From Chlorokybus atmophyticus (Eukaryota > Plantae > Mesostigma and Chlorokybus algae): a stretch of 64,000 bases of DNA. Shown piece after piece: positions 62,813 through 64,000 of this stretch; position 1 is the stretch's first letter; each line of letters starts with the position of its first letter. The DNA lies in the NCBI GenBank assembly GCA_009103225.1, contig RHPI01001715.1, forward strand, positions 386,999-450,998, written 5' to 3'. Made by a program: the position numbers and the translations under genes. Under the pieces are notes generated by a model. That model did no database searches. It saw nothing but the letters and a program-made list of their open reading frames with translations, and had not been told where the DNA came from.

Positions 62813-63168
62813 ACCCTCGTACCGACCAGCAGCCTTGGAGCTGAGCTGAGCTGGGTCGGAGCTCGAGCTGAGCTGCATGCTTGGAGGAAGAGAAGGACGC
62901 GGCGGCGCGAGCTGCTGCAGCTGGTTTACTTGGAGAAGCCAGTGACGTGAGCTACTGCTGCTGCTGCTGTTGAGCTGCTTATGAGAATAAGCTGCTTTTA
63001 CCAAGAAGCGGATCTGGCAGAAATCGCACAGCAGCTGGAGCTGAGCTGCGGCAGGCTGGATGAAGCTGTGTCCGGATTCTTGGGTTCTTGAGGACGGTGG
63101 CTGAGCTGCTGCTGCTGTTGAACTGAGCTGCTGCTGCGGAGCGGAGCTACTGCTGCTGCGAAGCGGAN

Positions 63169-64000
63169 GTTTCCCTCGCTGGATAGGCCCTTTCAAAGTC
63201 ATTGATCGGGTCGGCACTCACGCGTATCGTTTGGATTTACCAATGTCAATACGAATTCACAATGTGTTTCATGTGAGTGTACTGAAACCGTACCGATCAG
63301 ACGGTCGGGTTCAACCCCCTCCACCCCCAGTCGCAGTGGATGGTGACAATACATTTGAGTATGAGGTGGAAGCAATCCTAAGTCACCTTAAGCCTCGACG
63401 CGGACGCGCGCCGTCCTACTTGGTGAAATGGAAAGGGTATGGTGTTGAACACAATACATGGGAGCCCGAAAGGAATCTTACCAACTGCCAAGAGGTTCTT
63501 CGGGGGTACTGGAGTACTGTGTCCACACGCGAACGGTAAAAGGGTGCTGGCAGACATCTTTACCGCTTCGGCCCTGGTTCTCTCACTGCTTTCGTTTTGT
63601 GACTCGTGATGGGGCTTTGCTAACCCTTCAATGAGGACATTGAAACCTAAGTGGGGGGGAATGTAACGGTGTGCTACCTCCATAGAGGTTCCCCGCCCTT
63701 ATTTAGGATTAAATAAGGGTCCCAACGGGATTATACAGCCTATTAAGCCTTATTAGGGCCGTTAACCTAGTGTTAAGGCCCTAATGTAGTGTTACTTAAC
63801 TATAACACTGATATCGACATGAGACATGAGTCTCATGTTGATATCAGCTGCATGGCGGCGCTGCTAACGCAGCGGCCGCCATAGCCAGAGCATCTTTTGC
63901 TCTGGCAACTGCCCCGGCAGTGGCGGCGGCGGCGGCGAGGCTGGTGGTGGTGTTGGGGTAGGGGATTAAAGGGAGGAGGGGCACACCCTCTCTCCTGACA
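63169..64000 (+). mobile_element. 3' end of a second chromovirus copy (GPF motif, chromodomain, PPT, 3' LTR 63662-64000)
   Basis: PRWIGPFKVIDRVGTHAYRLDLP...chromodomain, near-identical to 58011-58760. It starts right after a single N at 63168. Confidence 0.92.

Noticed and set aside
62681-63217. 178-aa Ser/Gln/Ala-rich ORF
   Set aside because: It is a translation of CAG/AGCTC simple repeats across an N junction and has no protein features.
58011-64000. Tandem chromovirus array sharing an LTR
   Set aside because: The first element is closed by its own TSD and is followed by the LINE tail. The second fragment is separated by about 4.4 kb of unrelated sequence, starts at an N and differs at several bases, so it is a separate copy or an assembly join.

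Overview
Eukaryotic nuclear DNA with short GT-AG introns and seven N gaps. The gene set points to a streptophyte (charophyte-grade) alga: plant-type ATP synthase 24-kDa subunit, an SDI1/MS5 TPR protein and an outer-arm dynein relic. The species cannot be fixed from the sequence. The left half (1-31 kb) holds six intron-containing host genes: MMS21/NSE2 (3' part), farnesyltransferase beta, SDI1/MS5-like TPR, ATP synthase FAd, a conserved plant unknown and a secreted YWTD-like glycoprotein. It also holds a decayed DNAI1/IC78 pseudogene and a fragment of an RLE-type non-LTR retrotransposon. The right half (34-64 kb) is a nested retroelement cluster. It contains (i) a decayed Ty3/Gypsy element with a full C5 cytosine methyltransferase domain between protease and RT, plus a solo LTR inserted upstream of the protease; (ii) a Copia gag fragment; (iii) a full-length L1-type LINE with a 15-bp TSD; (iv) a young chromovirus inserted in the LINE 3' UTR (5-bp TSD); and (v) the 3' end of a second chromovirus copy. 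In the chromovirus, gag and pol are separated by one in-frame TAG, and pol starts with an extra domain resembling a degenerate Dam-like adenine methyltransferase. Protein identifications are by eye and from recalled family motifs, since no searches were run. Exon and relic boundaries are approximate unless a TSD or splice site is quoted.
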